A stretch of DNA of 64,000 bases from a virus. Its lineage: Duplodnaviria > Caudoviricetes. The stretch covers positions 21,950 through 85,949 of the IMG/VR virus record IMGVR_UViG_3300037067_009025. One strand, written 5' to 3'. Under the pieces are notes generated by a model that worked only from the letters and a program-made list of their open reading frames with translations, searched no databases and was not told the origin of the DNA. Both the position numbers and the translations under genes were made by a program. Below, one piece after another: positions 54,548 to 63,585 of the stretch; position 1 is the first letter of the stretch; the number at the start of each line of letters is the position of its first letter.

Positions 54548-56320
54548 ATGTCAGAAGATAAACAAGCAAATGAGTTTTGGAAAGAGTTCTGGGTGGATTC
54601 ACAGAATACGGCGAAAAATGCTTCTTCTAAATTCGCCATTCAGCCTGTGCCTCCGTCAGAATTCTTTGCACATTGGTTGCAAACGCCCCTGTTTCCTCGG
54701 CAACAAAAAGCCGTAGACGCTGCATTTACCAAAAAGGGTGACCTGAGCGAAATCTATAATGAGTTCGTTCTTGCCTGGGGAAAGGGGTCAGGAAAAGACT
54801 TGACAATTGCCAACCTTTTGTGCTATATTTGTTATTGGCTGTGCTGCCTGAACGACCCGCAGGAAACACTGGGGATTAAGTCAGGCGAGCCCATTGATAT
54901 TGTCAACGTCTCCTTCGATGCCGACCAGGCCAAGTCTGTGTTCTTTGAAAAGTTTGCTCGTAAGATTCGGGATGCCATAAATCCTGGCACTGGTAAGAAT
55001 TTCTTTGAAGAACAGGGCATGGATATTGAGAAAGCAATTGTTCGGGATGCTATCATCTTCCCTAAGAATATCCGTTGCTGGTCGCTCAACTCAAAGGAGT
55101 TCAAGGCAGAAGGTAAAAATATTCTTTGCGGAATCTTTGACGAAATTGGGCAGTTCAGATGGGACAAAGCTGAAGCTATCTATGACCACATTAAGTCTTC
55201 AGCCAAAACCCGTTTTGGGAAGGTCTACAAATTATTCTTTATTTCCTTTTTAACCTCTGGTGCTGATTACATGGCACATTTAATTGATGAGGCCGAAGGC
55301 GGGGCCCCTAAGACATATTTTGACCGTGCTGCAACATGGGAAATTCGTTCTGCTGAAAATTGTCCAAAAGAACTCCTGAAGTATACAGAAAAACAGGAGA
55401 ACTATACGGACGATTATGATAAAGACCCAGGTTCAGCTATGTTGAAATATGAGTGTAAGGTTCCTAAGTTTCGCTCGAATAATTTCATAAAGCAGGCGGT
55501 GAAGATTACGAATTGCGTGCAGAGCAGCCGTAAATCTCCGATTATCTTTCCCGAGAAGGATAAGAACGAGCAACTTGAGCGTTTCTGGGTTTACAATCCA
55601 AATGACGAAGAATATGAAAGCTGGTTTCGCCCAGGAATGATTTACGAAGTGGATAATCTTATTAAGGAATATGAGCAAAATCCCAACGATGAGTTGGAAA
55701 AGAAAATCAAAGCATTAAAAGAACAACACAAGAATGCTGAATACTTTGTTCACATTGACCTTTCTCGGGGTGTGGTAGATACCGCAGGTTTAGTCCTGGG
55801 ACATGTCTACTATGTTCTGGATAAGAAAAAAATCTATGTGGACTTGATGATGCAAATTCGGGCCGAAATTCAACCTGATGGCACCAAGAAAGAAATTGAC
55901 CTGGAACAAATCTTGGATTTTGTTATCAAAGTGTTGAAGAAGGAAAAAAAGTTCAATCTCGTCAAGCTAACAATGGACGGTTGGAACTCGGCTCTTTTTA
56001 TGCAAATCTGCGAGAAGAATAAAATTCCTGCGGAGCTTCTGTCAATTGATAAAGACAGTGTTCCGTATGATACTCTCAAAGATTTCTTATATAGGGAGGA
56101 TTTGAATATGTATTTTTATCCTCCCGCAATTCGTGAGCTTACTGAGCTTATTGTGGACGAGGCCAAGAAAAAGGTAGACCATCCCAAGAAATCTCAGTGG
56201 CGCATGAGAGAAGAAGGATTACCCAGAGGCAGTAAGGATATTGCCGACTGTCTCGCTGGTATAGTAACTTCCGCTACAAAAGCGGATGATGAGGAGCCGT
56301 TGGCCTACGGTTCTACTTAA
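54548..56320 (+). CDS. Terminase large subunit
   Basis: Walker A WGKGSGKD, Walker B GIFDEIG, nuclease HIDLS, TMDGWNS, KDIADCLAG. Confidence 0.85.
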   Translation: MSEDKQANEFWKEFWVDSQNTAKNASSKFAIQPVPPSEFFAHWLQTPLFPRQQKAVDAAFTKKGDLSEIYNEFVLAWGKGSGKDLTIANLLCYICYWLCCLNDPQETLGIKSGEPIDIVNVSFDADQAKSVFFEKFARKIRDAINPGTGKNFFEEQGMDIEKAIVRDAIIFPKNIRCWSLNSKEFKAEGKNILCGIFDEIGQFRWDKAEAIYDHIKSSAKTRFGKVYKLFFISFLTSGADYMAHLIDEAEGGAPKTYFDRAATWEIRSAENCPKELLKYTEKQENYTDDYDKDPGSAMLKYECKVPKFRSNNFIKQAVKITNCVQSSRKSPIIFPEKDKNEQLERFWVYNPNDEEYESWFRPGMIYEVDNLIKEYEQNPNDELEKKIKALKEQHKNAEYFVHIDLSRGVVDTAGLVLGHVYYVLDKKKIYVDLMMQIRAEIQPDGTKKEIDLEQILDFVIKVLKKEKKFNLVKLTMDGWNSALFMQICEKNKIPAELLSIDKDSVPYDTLKDFLYREDLNMYFYPPAIRELTELIVDEAKKKVDHPKKSQWRMREEGLPRGSKDIADCLAGIVTSATKADDEEPLAYGST

Positions 56321-56337
56321 CAAGGAGGAAAGAAGAA

Positions 56338-57540
56338 ATGGCAAAAAGTCAGAAACAACCTACAGGTGGCAAAGAGGTCACGGTCGTGAAATCGTCCAAG
56401 AGACTGCAAAAAACGGAGCAGGTCAGGGACAGAACACGCACAGCGGGCTTCGGGGCTGCCAAACCGACCTATGTGCCGTTGAAGAATATGTCAACGTCGC
56501 AGATTCGGGACTTCTTGCTGACGACCGTCTGGGCCGAGACATGTATTCAGACCATTGTTGATGAAGTGGTCAAATACGACCTCTCCACAGACCCGACAGA
56601 TGAGAAGATTGATTCATTCTTAAAGTTCCCTTCAGAACGTGAGCCAATGCTGACGGTGCGTAAAAAATATCTGAAGGATATGCTCCGTTGGGGTAATGGT
56701 GCGTGCGTTATCCAATACAAACAGGATAAGCCCGTTGGATTAGTCACACCTCCTGGGTATACCTTGAGAGTCACGGATGAAAATCCGCCGACCTACAAGT
56801 TTACTAAGGTGGATTCATCCGACGAAATGCTTACCGATAAAAGTGGCAAAGAAATCGAAATGACTGGCAAAGAACTGATTCATTTTCAGTTGGACGCCGA
56901 TTCCGATTCTACCCAGGCCCGCTCTAACTTGGAAAGAGCTTACAATGATGTGCTCTCTGACAAGAACATGGCCGAGAATCTTGCCAATTTTACGGAAAAG
57001 GGTTATTTTCTCCCCGCCTTCCTGAGCTTGCCGAAGACCAATGCTGCGGATGTCAAGGAGTTCATTGAATATTTGAACGCCATGATTGCCGACAACGCAA
57101 AGCTCTTTGGTATCAACAAGGAAGCTACCGTGCAAACCATTCCTTTCTGGTCGGCCACTGACATTATTGAAATGCAACGTTGGGTCGGCATGAAAGTCGC
57201 TTCGGTATACAAAGTTCCGCCCTTTATGATTAACCTCGTTCAGGATGTCGGTTCTTTGAATGCTCGTGAACAGCGAGCCCGCTTCTTAGAGAATGTGGTT
57301 CTTCCCATTCTCACTTACGAAGCCTACATGCTAACTGCTGTGTTGGTTCGTAAAGGTTTTAAAAACCTGAATGTTCAGATTAGTTCTCCTGTTCTCGGAA
57401 CCAAACTGAACTATGATAGGGCCCGTATTGCTCGCCTCCTGGTTGGCAATGAGGGAGAAATCATTACCGCTGATGAGGCCAGAAAGATTTTCTTTAATCT
57501 GCCTCCGCTCGGTGAAGTCAAAAACAAGAAAGGAAAGTAA
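56338..57540 (+). CDS. Portal protein (HK97-like)
   Basis: DMLRWGNGAC, ELIHF, VASVYKVPP, ITADEAR; directly after TerL. Confidence 0.8.
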   Translation: MAKSQKQPTGGKEVTVVKSSKRLQKTEQVRDRTRTAGFGAAKPTYVPLKNMSTSQIRDFLLTTVWAETCIQTIVDEVVKYDLSTDPTDEKIDSFLKFPSEREPMLTVRKKYLKDMLRWGNGACVIQYKQDKPVGLVTPPGYTLRVTDENPPTYKFTKVDSSDEMLTDKSGKEIEMTGKELIHFQLDADSDSTQARSNLERAYNDVLSDKNMAENLANFTEKGYFLPAFLSLPKTNAADVKEFIEYLNAMIADNAKLFGINKEATVQTIPFWSATDIIEMQRWVGMKVASVYKVPPFMINLVQDVGSLNAREQRARFLENVVLPILTYEAYMLTAVLVRKGFKNLNVQISSPVLGTKLNYDRARIARLLVGNEGEIITADEARKIFFNLPPLGEVKNKKGK

Positions 57541-57541
57541 A

Positions 57542-57997
57542 ATGGCCCTCGAAGATAAAGTCGAAAAGTTCAAGAAAGATGACTCCGCTGCTCTGGCCAA
57601 AATCCTTAAAGAACTTGAACCTACCTTTAAGGAAGTCGAAGCAGCCAGACGGATTCTGCCGAAACTCGACATCAATAATCTTGATAAGGCCAAGACTATC
57701 CAAATGCAATTGTTGGCTCACTATGGGGTTCTCAAGGAATGGTATGACCGTATTGAGGCCCTCAAGGTGAATAAAGAGGTCGCTTACAAGCAATATCTGA
57801 AGAACAAAGCGGAAGAAAAGAATGAAAAGTTCGTGTCCGCTGCTGCTGAAAGCGAAGCCTCCTTATATGTTGCTGAGGAGAGAAAAGTCCGTAATCAAAT
57901 TTCAGGAAAACTTGAATTTGTCCTGGAATCAATTAAGGGCTGTCGTAGTTTAATCAACAGTCAGCAATATCCGTCTCAGGCTTCATTGACCGCATAA
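57542..57997 (+). CDS. Coiled-coil protein (possibly UvsY-like)
   Basis: All-helical charged 151 aa; start reassigned to MALEDK. Confidence 0.4.
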   Translation: MALEDKVEKFKKDDSAALAKILKELEPTFKEVEAARRILPKLDINNLDKAKTIQMQLLAHYGVLKEWYDRIEALKVNKEVAYKQYLKNKAEEKNEKFVSAAAESEASLYVAEERKVRNQISGKLEFVLESIKGCRSLINSQQYPSQASLTA

Positions 57998-58005
57998 GGA
58001 GTAAC

Positions 58006-58236
58006 ATGAAAACGTATGCTATATTACCGTTAGAGTCGGAAACGAAAAAGTTTGAAGCCATCACTTTTCAGGCAGAGAACTTGGACGATGTTATCATAGT
58101 GCACCTCCCAGATGATACTGACCCAGAAGATGCGGGTCTGCTTCGGGATAAATTGATGGTTGCTATGGCCGACAAGACGGTGATTGTTGTTCCAGAGTCA
58201 GTCAAGTTTTGCCGAATCAAAGAAGTCGGCAAATAA
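58006..58236 (+). CDS. Hypothetical protein
   Basis: AAGGAG RBS, 76 aa. Confidence 0.55.
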   Translation: MKTYAILPLESETKKFEAITFQAENLDDVIIVHLPDDTDPEDAGLLRDKLMVAMADKTVIVVPESVKFCRIKEVGK

Positions 58237-58408
58237 AGGAGGAAACACATGGATACCAAAACCATCGTTAAGTATGTCAGCTATGTTGTCGGAGCAATTG
58301 CTCTGGTCAGCTTAGTAACTGTGGCTCCTGTGCAGGTGGTCGTATTGGCCGTCTGTGCTGGTGTCAATATTCTGTATGTTGGTCGTTAATTAACGGCCCA
58401 GGTTTCCC

Positions 58409-58544
58409 AGGGGTGGAGGCACAAACCCTCCCGTGCTTTAAAAAAGGCCAGGATATACGCCCTGGCACCCCTATTCAGGGTCGGTAGCCCAATTAGAGGC
58501 AAGCCGACAAGGCCCCACAGTGCTGGATAATCCAGCCCGACCCT
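58409..58544 (+). ncRNA. Candidate structured intergenic RNA
   Basis: Closing stems 58409-58415/58466-58472 and 58477-58484/58537-58544 with internal hairpins; a loop containing CCCUCCC is possible. Confidence 0.4.
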
Positions 58545-58563
58545 TTCTTTAAGGAGATTTGTA

Positions 58564-58758
58564 ATGCCAACGTATCAGTATGAATGTGACAATCCAGAAT
58601 GCAAACACACTTTTGAGCACATGCAGGGGATGACAACAGCCAAGCTCAAGAACTGCCCAAAGTGTAAAAAAGATACGTTGGTTCGATTGATTGGGAAGGG
58701 CAGCGGAATAATTTTTAAGGGCCCTGGATTTTATGCCACAGATTATCCAAAGGAGTAA
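58564..58758 (+). CDS. FmdB family Zn-ribbon protein
   Basis: MPTYQYEC..C.H.FE, CPKC, FKGPGFYATDY. Confidence 0.85.
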   Translation: MPTYQYECDNPECKHTFEHMQGMTTAKLKNCPKCKKDTLVRLIGKGSGIIFKGPGFYATDYPKE

Positions 58759-58763
58759 TTCCA

Positions 58764-59216
58764 ATGAATAAAGACGATTTTAATGCCATATCCAGAGTTT
58801 CCTTTTTGGAACTGGTCTCCTCAGAAAAGACTTTCCAGGGACGAACTCTGAATTATTTTGACCCCGTGGCCAATAAGCAAATGAATTACAATATTTTTAT
58901 TGCGGACAGCCAGACAGGACTCTCTGTTTGTATTCCTATTGACCGCAAGAACCTTATTCATCTTGAGAAAGCCGATTTGAAGAGAATAATGTTCCAGGTG
59001 TTGGAACAGTTGGTGGCAGCACTCAAGAAAATGCCCAACTCGGGGAAGCCAATTGATTATACCCAGCTTCACTTAAAAGCTGGTAGAAAATCTTCCATTC
59101 TTGATAAAATCGAAAAGGTCAATGGGGTTGTGGTCAACCAATTCCGCTGGTCTTCGATTATTCTCCCTATGAGAACTCAAGAAGAGGTCGAGGAATCGCA
59201 GCAAGACAATGATTAA
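58764..59216 (+). CDS. Hypothetical protein
   Basis: AAGGAG RBS, 150 aa. Confidence 0.55.
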   Translation: MNKDDFNAISRVSFLELVSSEKTFQGRTLNYFDPVANKQMNYNIFIADSQTGLSVCIPIDRKNLIHLEKADLKRIMFQVLEQLVAALKKMPNSGKPIDYTQLHLKAGRKSSILDKIEKVNGVVVNQFRWSSIILPMRTQEEVEESQQDND

Positions 59217-59946
59217 ATTCCTGAAATTCCTATTTCCTTGCAGGCATAGACGCTTGACTGAAAATGTCAAGTGGGCTACCCGTTTTGGTAAACCGATAGT
59301 TATTGAATATCGGGAGTGCCAGGACTGCGGAAAAATTCCGTATTGCAAGGTCTCATTTCAGGAGGAAGTCAAAAGTGTTCCAGTTGTAAAATCTGTTCCA
59401 ATTCCTGTTATTGAAGTAAAGGCCAAACCGACCGAGGTTCCAGTTCAGGTCGTTCCTATAAAGAAGGAGGAACCGAAAGTGGAAGCACCTAAAGAAGAAC
59501 CAAAAGTGACTGAACAAAAACCTGTGGAACCACCCCAGGAAACTCCTTTGAGAGAGGCTGAAACTGCTGAGGAGTCTTTAGAGAAAGACCACGATGAGGG
59601 CCCCTTCTCTTCTCAGCCAGATAATTCTCCCGTGCCAGCCCCAGGCCCAATTCCAGACGCTGACCCCGTGGATGAGGATGAAATTGATTCAGAGGTTCCT
59701 AAACCGAAAGCAGATGAGGCAATGGTTGAAGGTGCCTGCTTTTTAAAGGAATCCCGTGCCTCAATCAATCGTCGCAGAAAAGACTTGGCCAGGCGTAGAG
59801 CAAAAGCATTAGAACAAGCCAAGAAAGCAGGGGCCAAGATTCCCGCTGATGGAAAGATTAAAATTAAGGTAGTGGGTAAGAAATCTGAGGGGATTCCTTT
59901 CTTGGATGAGCCCGACCGCCCTGGCAAAGAAGAAGAGTATAACTAA
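59209..59946 (+). CDS. Pro/Glu-rich low-complexity protein
   Basis: N-terminal C-H...CxxC, long disordered acidic region, basic helix. Confidence 0.55.
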   Translation: MIKFLKFLFPCRHRRLTENVKWATRFGKPIVIEYRECQDCGKIPYCKVSFQEEVKSVPVVKSVPIPVIEVKAKPTEVPVQVVPIKKEEPKVEAPKEEPKVTEQKPVEPPQETPLREAETAEESLEKDHDEGPFSSQPDNSPVPAPGPIPDADPVDEDEIDSEVPKPKADEAMVEGACFLKESRASINRRRKDLARRRAKALEQAKKAGAKIPADGKIKIKVVGKKSEGIPFLDEPDRPGKEEEYN

Positions 59947-59957
59947 AGGACAGCTAA

Positions 59958-62147
59958 ATGAGAATCAAAAATATAGATAAGGTCAAAGAATTGATTAAAG
60001 AAAAGCTCCCGCTTTATTTAAAAGAGCTTGGACTTCGTATCGAGCACACGAAATGTCAGTGCCCGAATACAGATGCCCATGAGCACGGTGATTCTCAAAA
60101 GTTATCGGCTGCCTTTTTGCCCCAGTCGAATAACACCAATGTTTATTGTTTTGTTGAAGACAGAACCTTTGATATTTTTGATGTGTATGCTTTGAAACAG
60201 GGCAAACAATTGGTGGGTGAAAACTTTTATCAGGCTATCGAAGAGTTGGCTAAGAAATATGATATTCCTCTGGAACGGGAGGAAGAATTCTCCATGAAAG
60301 AAAAGGAGAAGCGGGCGAAGCAGAAAATCCTCGAAGCCGTTCATACTGCGTCCAAAAAATATATCAAAGAGGGCCTTGAATATTATAAGAAGCGAAATAT
60401 CAGCAAGGAAAAACTGGTTGCTTGGCAAATTGGTTTCTTAACGCCCCAGAATTTACCAAAGGATGTGGACGTTCAATTCAAGACTCTTTATGAATATAAA
60501 TTGAGCAGCGTTTTTCAACACCCAGCACTGGTCATCCCTGTGTTTAATGCCCACAATCAATATGTGGGGATTATCATGCGCCAATTCGGAGCACCAAAGG
60601 GGGATGAATATTTGAATATCTCTCTTAACGGGAAAAATCTGTTCAATATTCATAACGTCCGTGGAAATGAAAAAGTCACAATCGTCGAAGGCGTATTTGA
60701 CACAATTGCTCTCTTCCCTGATATGAATGTGGTTGGCTGTTTGACCAATCAGATTCACGATAGTGATTTAGAGGCACTCGCCAAAGGGAAATACAAGCAG
60801 ATTATTTTAGCCCTTGACCCCGATAATCTTTATCAAGGGCCTGCTCGTGATGGTGTTTTAAAATCTATCCTTCGTCTGAAGAATTTTGATTCTGAAATCA
60901 AGGTTGTGGAAATTCCTGCTGAACCAGAACAGGCAAATAAGCCAGACCCAGACGAGTATATGAGAACGCATAAGCTGGAAGACTTTAATAATCTTCCTCG
61001 AAAAAATGCGTTGGATTATCTCATTGAGAATTACCAACAGAGCACAATTAAAGTTGAATTGCTCTATGAATTTTTGGCTGGTTGTCCTAATCTGATTCGT
61101 AAAGAGCAAATGATTACCAAAGTTGCTGATACGTTGAAGATTGGAAAACGACAGTTGATGAAGTCAATCGAGGGTCTGAGCGAAAATAAGGATTCCTTTA
61201 ATTTGATTCAATATGCCCAGGAAAAAGATTCCTTTGATGAATTACTTGAAGGATTCACAGAAATTGCCTGGAATGGAAACTATAAGGGTATTCCTTCAGG
61301 ATTCCCACTCTTTGACCAGAAATTTGGTGGTTTTGAAGACACCCTGTATCTCATGGTTGGGTTCCCTGAAATGGGTAAGACCACGTTCCTCATCAACTTC
61401 GTTTATCGGCTGGCCCGCAATCCAAATAATTTCGTGGCCTTCTATTCTCTGGATGATGGGGCCCGTCGTGCAATTGTTCCTCGCTTGATGTCCATAGCTT
61501 CGGGCTTGACCTCGAAACAAATCAAGCAGCCCACTAAAGAAATTGAGGCTGAATGGTTTCAGGGCCTGAAAAACCTTCAAGCTCTCAAAACGAACCTGGT
61601 CATAAAGGATGGTTCTGAAATTCGGACACTCCCTGACCTTGAGAATTTTGTGAAGATTCACCACAGTATTTCACAAGACAGAGGCAAAAAGTTTATTGTA
61701 GTCATTGATAACATCCATGACTTGCAGTATGGTGGTAAAAGAGAAATGGAAACCACCCAGAATTCTGTTCGTGTTGCGGGGTTTTTGAAGAAGTTGCCCC
61801 AGGAATTAGGATGTCCCATTATCTGCACGGCTGAGGTTCCTAAGTCCGCCAAAGAAAAACCAACAGGTAAAGACATCAAAGAGACCATTGATTTTTGGTA
61901 TGCTGCTCGTTTTGTCGGTGGTATCTTCTCTGATTATCACAACACATCTGACCGCACCAGTCCTTATGTCTGGCGCACACCAGATGGACAGTTCCACCCG
62001 ATTATGGAGTTGTTGGTCTCGAAAAATCAAACTGGTGACTCATTCCACGGGTCGTTATTTTATAAATTCAACAGAACAAACAATGCTCTGATTGAATGCA
62101 CACTCGATGAACATGTGCTTTTGGAAAAAGGCCAGAATATTATATGA
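59958..62147 (+). CDS. DNA primase-helicase fusion
   Basis: Zn-binding C.N..HEH...C; TOPRIM VEGVFD and DPDEY; SF4 helicase Walker A GFPEMGKTT, IDNIH, KNQTG. Confidence 0.88.
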   Translation: MRIKNIDKVKELIKEKLPLYLKELGLRIEHTKCQCPNTDAHEHGDSQKLSAAFLPQSNNTNVYCFVEDRTFDIFDVYALKQGKQLVGENFYQAIEELAKKYDIPLEREEEFSMKEKEKRAKQKILEAVHTASKKYIKEGLEYYKKRNISKEKLVAWQIGFLTPQNLPKDVDVQFKTLYEYKLSSVFQHPALVIPVFNAHNQYVGIIMRQFGAPKGDEYLNISLNGKNLFNIHNVRGNEKVTIVEGVFDTIALFPDMNVVGCLTNQIHDSDLEALAKGKYKQIILALDPDNLYQGPARDGVLKSILRLKNFDSEIKVVEIPAEPEQANKPDPDEYMRTHKLEDFNNLPRKNALDYLIENYQQSTIKVELLYEFLAGCPNLIRKEQMITKVADTLKIGKRQLMKSIEGLSENKDSFNLIQYAQEKDSFDELLEGFTEIAWNGNYKGIPSGFPLFDQKFGGFEDTLYLMVGFPEMGKTTFLINFVYRLARNPNNFVAFYSLDDGARRAIVPRLMSIASGLTSKQIKQPTKEIEAEWFQGLKNLQALKTNLVIKDGSEIRTLPDLENFVKIHHSISQDRGKKFIVVIDNIHDLQYGGKREMETTQNSVRVAGFLKKLPQELGCPIICTAEVPKSAKEKPTGKDIKETIDFWYAARFVGGIFSDYHNTSDRTSPYVWRTPDGQFHPIMELLVSKNQTGDSFHGSLFYKFNRTNNALIECTLDEHVLLEKGQNII

Positions 62148-62282
62148 TAGCTCTTTTGCTCGTATGGGGCCTTCTCAGCTTATTGTTGATTCCGTTCTAT
62201 GCTCGGTGCATTAAACAGGCCGAACAAAAGAATCAAAGCCCCATTATATCCGCAGCAGAAGATATTTTAAGGAGAGATAAAG

Positions 62283-62714
62283 ATGATTAACCAAGTAAAT
62301 AAAAATTGGGGTTCAGAAGATTGGCTGGTCAACAATGAAAAATATTGTGCCAAGTTTCTGAATCTAAACCACGGGTATCAGTGCAGCGTTCACTATCACG
62401 CATGTAAGGATGAAACCTTTTATGTTCTTGCAGGGGAAGTGGAACTCTATGTTGTTGAACTGTTACCCTATTCCCGCATTTATCCACTTGAACAAGCTGA
62501 AATTGATGAGTGGTATAAAGAAATTCTGACCAGGAAAGAAGAAATTCTTGCATCAATGCAGAAAATTGTCTTGACTCATGGCCAGCAATATCGTCTGAAA
62601 CCCTTTACAGCCCATAAGTTTACATCAATTACATCTGGGGCTAAGATTCTGGAAATCAGCACGACGCACTATGAAGAAGACAGTTACCGACTCACAGAAT
62701 CGGGAAAGGTATAA
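62283..62714 (+). CDS. Cupin (sugar-phosphate isomerase-like)
   Basis: KNWGSEDWLVN, SVHYH..KDETFYVL.G, H.F...LEIST.HYEEDSYR. Confidence 0.75.
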   Translation: MINQVNKNWGSEDWLVNNEKYCAKFLNLNHGYQCSVHYHACKDETFYVLAGEVELYVVELLPYSRIYPLEQAEIDEWYKEILTRKEEILASMQKIVLTHGQQYRLKPFTAHKFTSITSGAKILEISTTHYEEDSYRLTESGKV

Positions 62715-62715
62715 T

Positions 62716-63258
62716 ATGGATAAGTTGGAGAAACTTGAAAGAGCTTTTCAAAAAACACTTTGGGATAATATTGTGAGTTTCTTTCACGAATATGCTGAGG
62801 TGTTGGACAGAATGGTTTATTGGGCAGGGGCCATGAAGCGGAGCTACGACTTCGATGGGCACACATTTTATGATATGCTTTATCGAAAGCTGGACAGAAT
62901 GTATGTCTGTTTTTTAAAGCACGGTCATTGCGTGTGGAATAGTAAGCCCAGCAATAAATTGATGAGAAAGCTCTTAATTGCAAAGAATCTGGCTCATAGG
63001 TTGGCCGAGAATGATTATCATACAAAAGCAGATGCGGTGACAGCCAAGTATGGTAATGTTCAAATGGCCTTCTCCCCTATTCCCGAACGTCACGTATCAC
63101 GAGTTGACTTTTATATGGAGAAAGCCACACCCGCTGAACAGAAAAAAGCCTTGAACGAATTACATAAGGCCCACGCCGAAGATGATAAACAGCGGGAAGT
63201 TGAGAAAAAATATTTGTTTAACCTGGTGCAAAAGCACATTGACCAATGGTGGGACTGA
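62716..63258 (+). CDS. Hypothetical helical protein
   Basis: Start reassigned to MDKLEK; ends HIDQWWD. Confidence 0.55.
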   Translation: MDKLEKLERAFQKTLWDNIVSFFHEYAEVLDRMVYWAGAMKRSYDFDGHTFYDMLYRKLDRMYVCFLKHGHCVWNSKPSNKLMRKLLIAKNLAHRLAENDYHTKADAVTAKYGNVQMAFSPIPERHVSRVDFYMEKATPAEQKKALNELHKAHAEDDKQREVEKKYLFNLVQKHIDQWWD

Positions 63259-63584
63259 TGGCATCGGCTGAATATATGCGGGAATATTTTAAAAATAACC
63301 CGTGGATACAGGTCTTAAATTGGGCCAGACGCCGTTGTAATAATCCCCATCATTCCAAATTTCGCTGGTATGGTGGTAAAGGGATTAAATGTCTTTTAAC
63401 TAAAGAAGATGTAAAAGAACTATGGTTTAGAGACCATGCTTATGCTATGATGCAACCCAGTTTGGACAGAAAAAAGACCGACAAAGACTATACTCTGGAT
63501 AATTGCAGATTCATTGAACTAAATAAAAATCGGGCCACAAGTATTTTTAAACTTGGACACCCCAGCTATCACAAGGAAAAATAA
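63258..63584 (+). CDS. HNH-like endonuclease
   Basis: RRRCNNP...YGGKGIKC...SLDR...DYTLDNCRFI. Confidence 0.65.
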   Translation: MASAEYMREYFKNNPWIQVLNWARRRCNNPHHSKFRWYGGKGIKCLLTKEDVKELWFRDHAYAMMQPSLDRKKTDKDYTLDNCRFIELNKNRATSIFKLGHPSYHKEK

Positions 63585-63585
63585 G

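Noticed and set aside
26773-62147. Inteins or introns in polA, recA, terL or primase-helicase
   Set aside because: Protein lengths and motif spacing are continuous; no intein C/S...HN motifs or LAGLIDADG inserts were seen.
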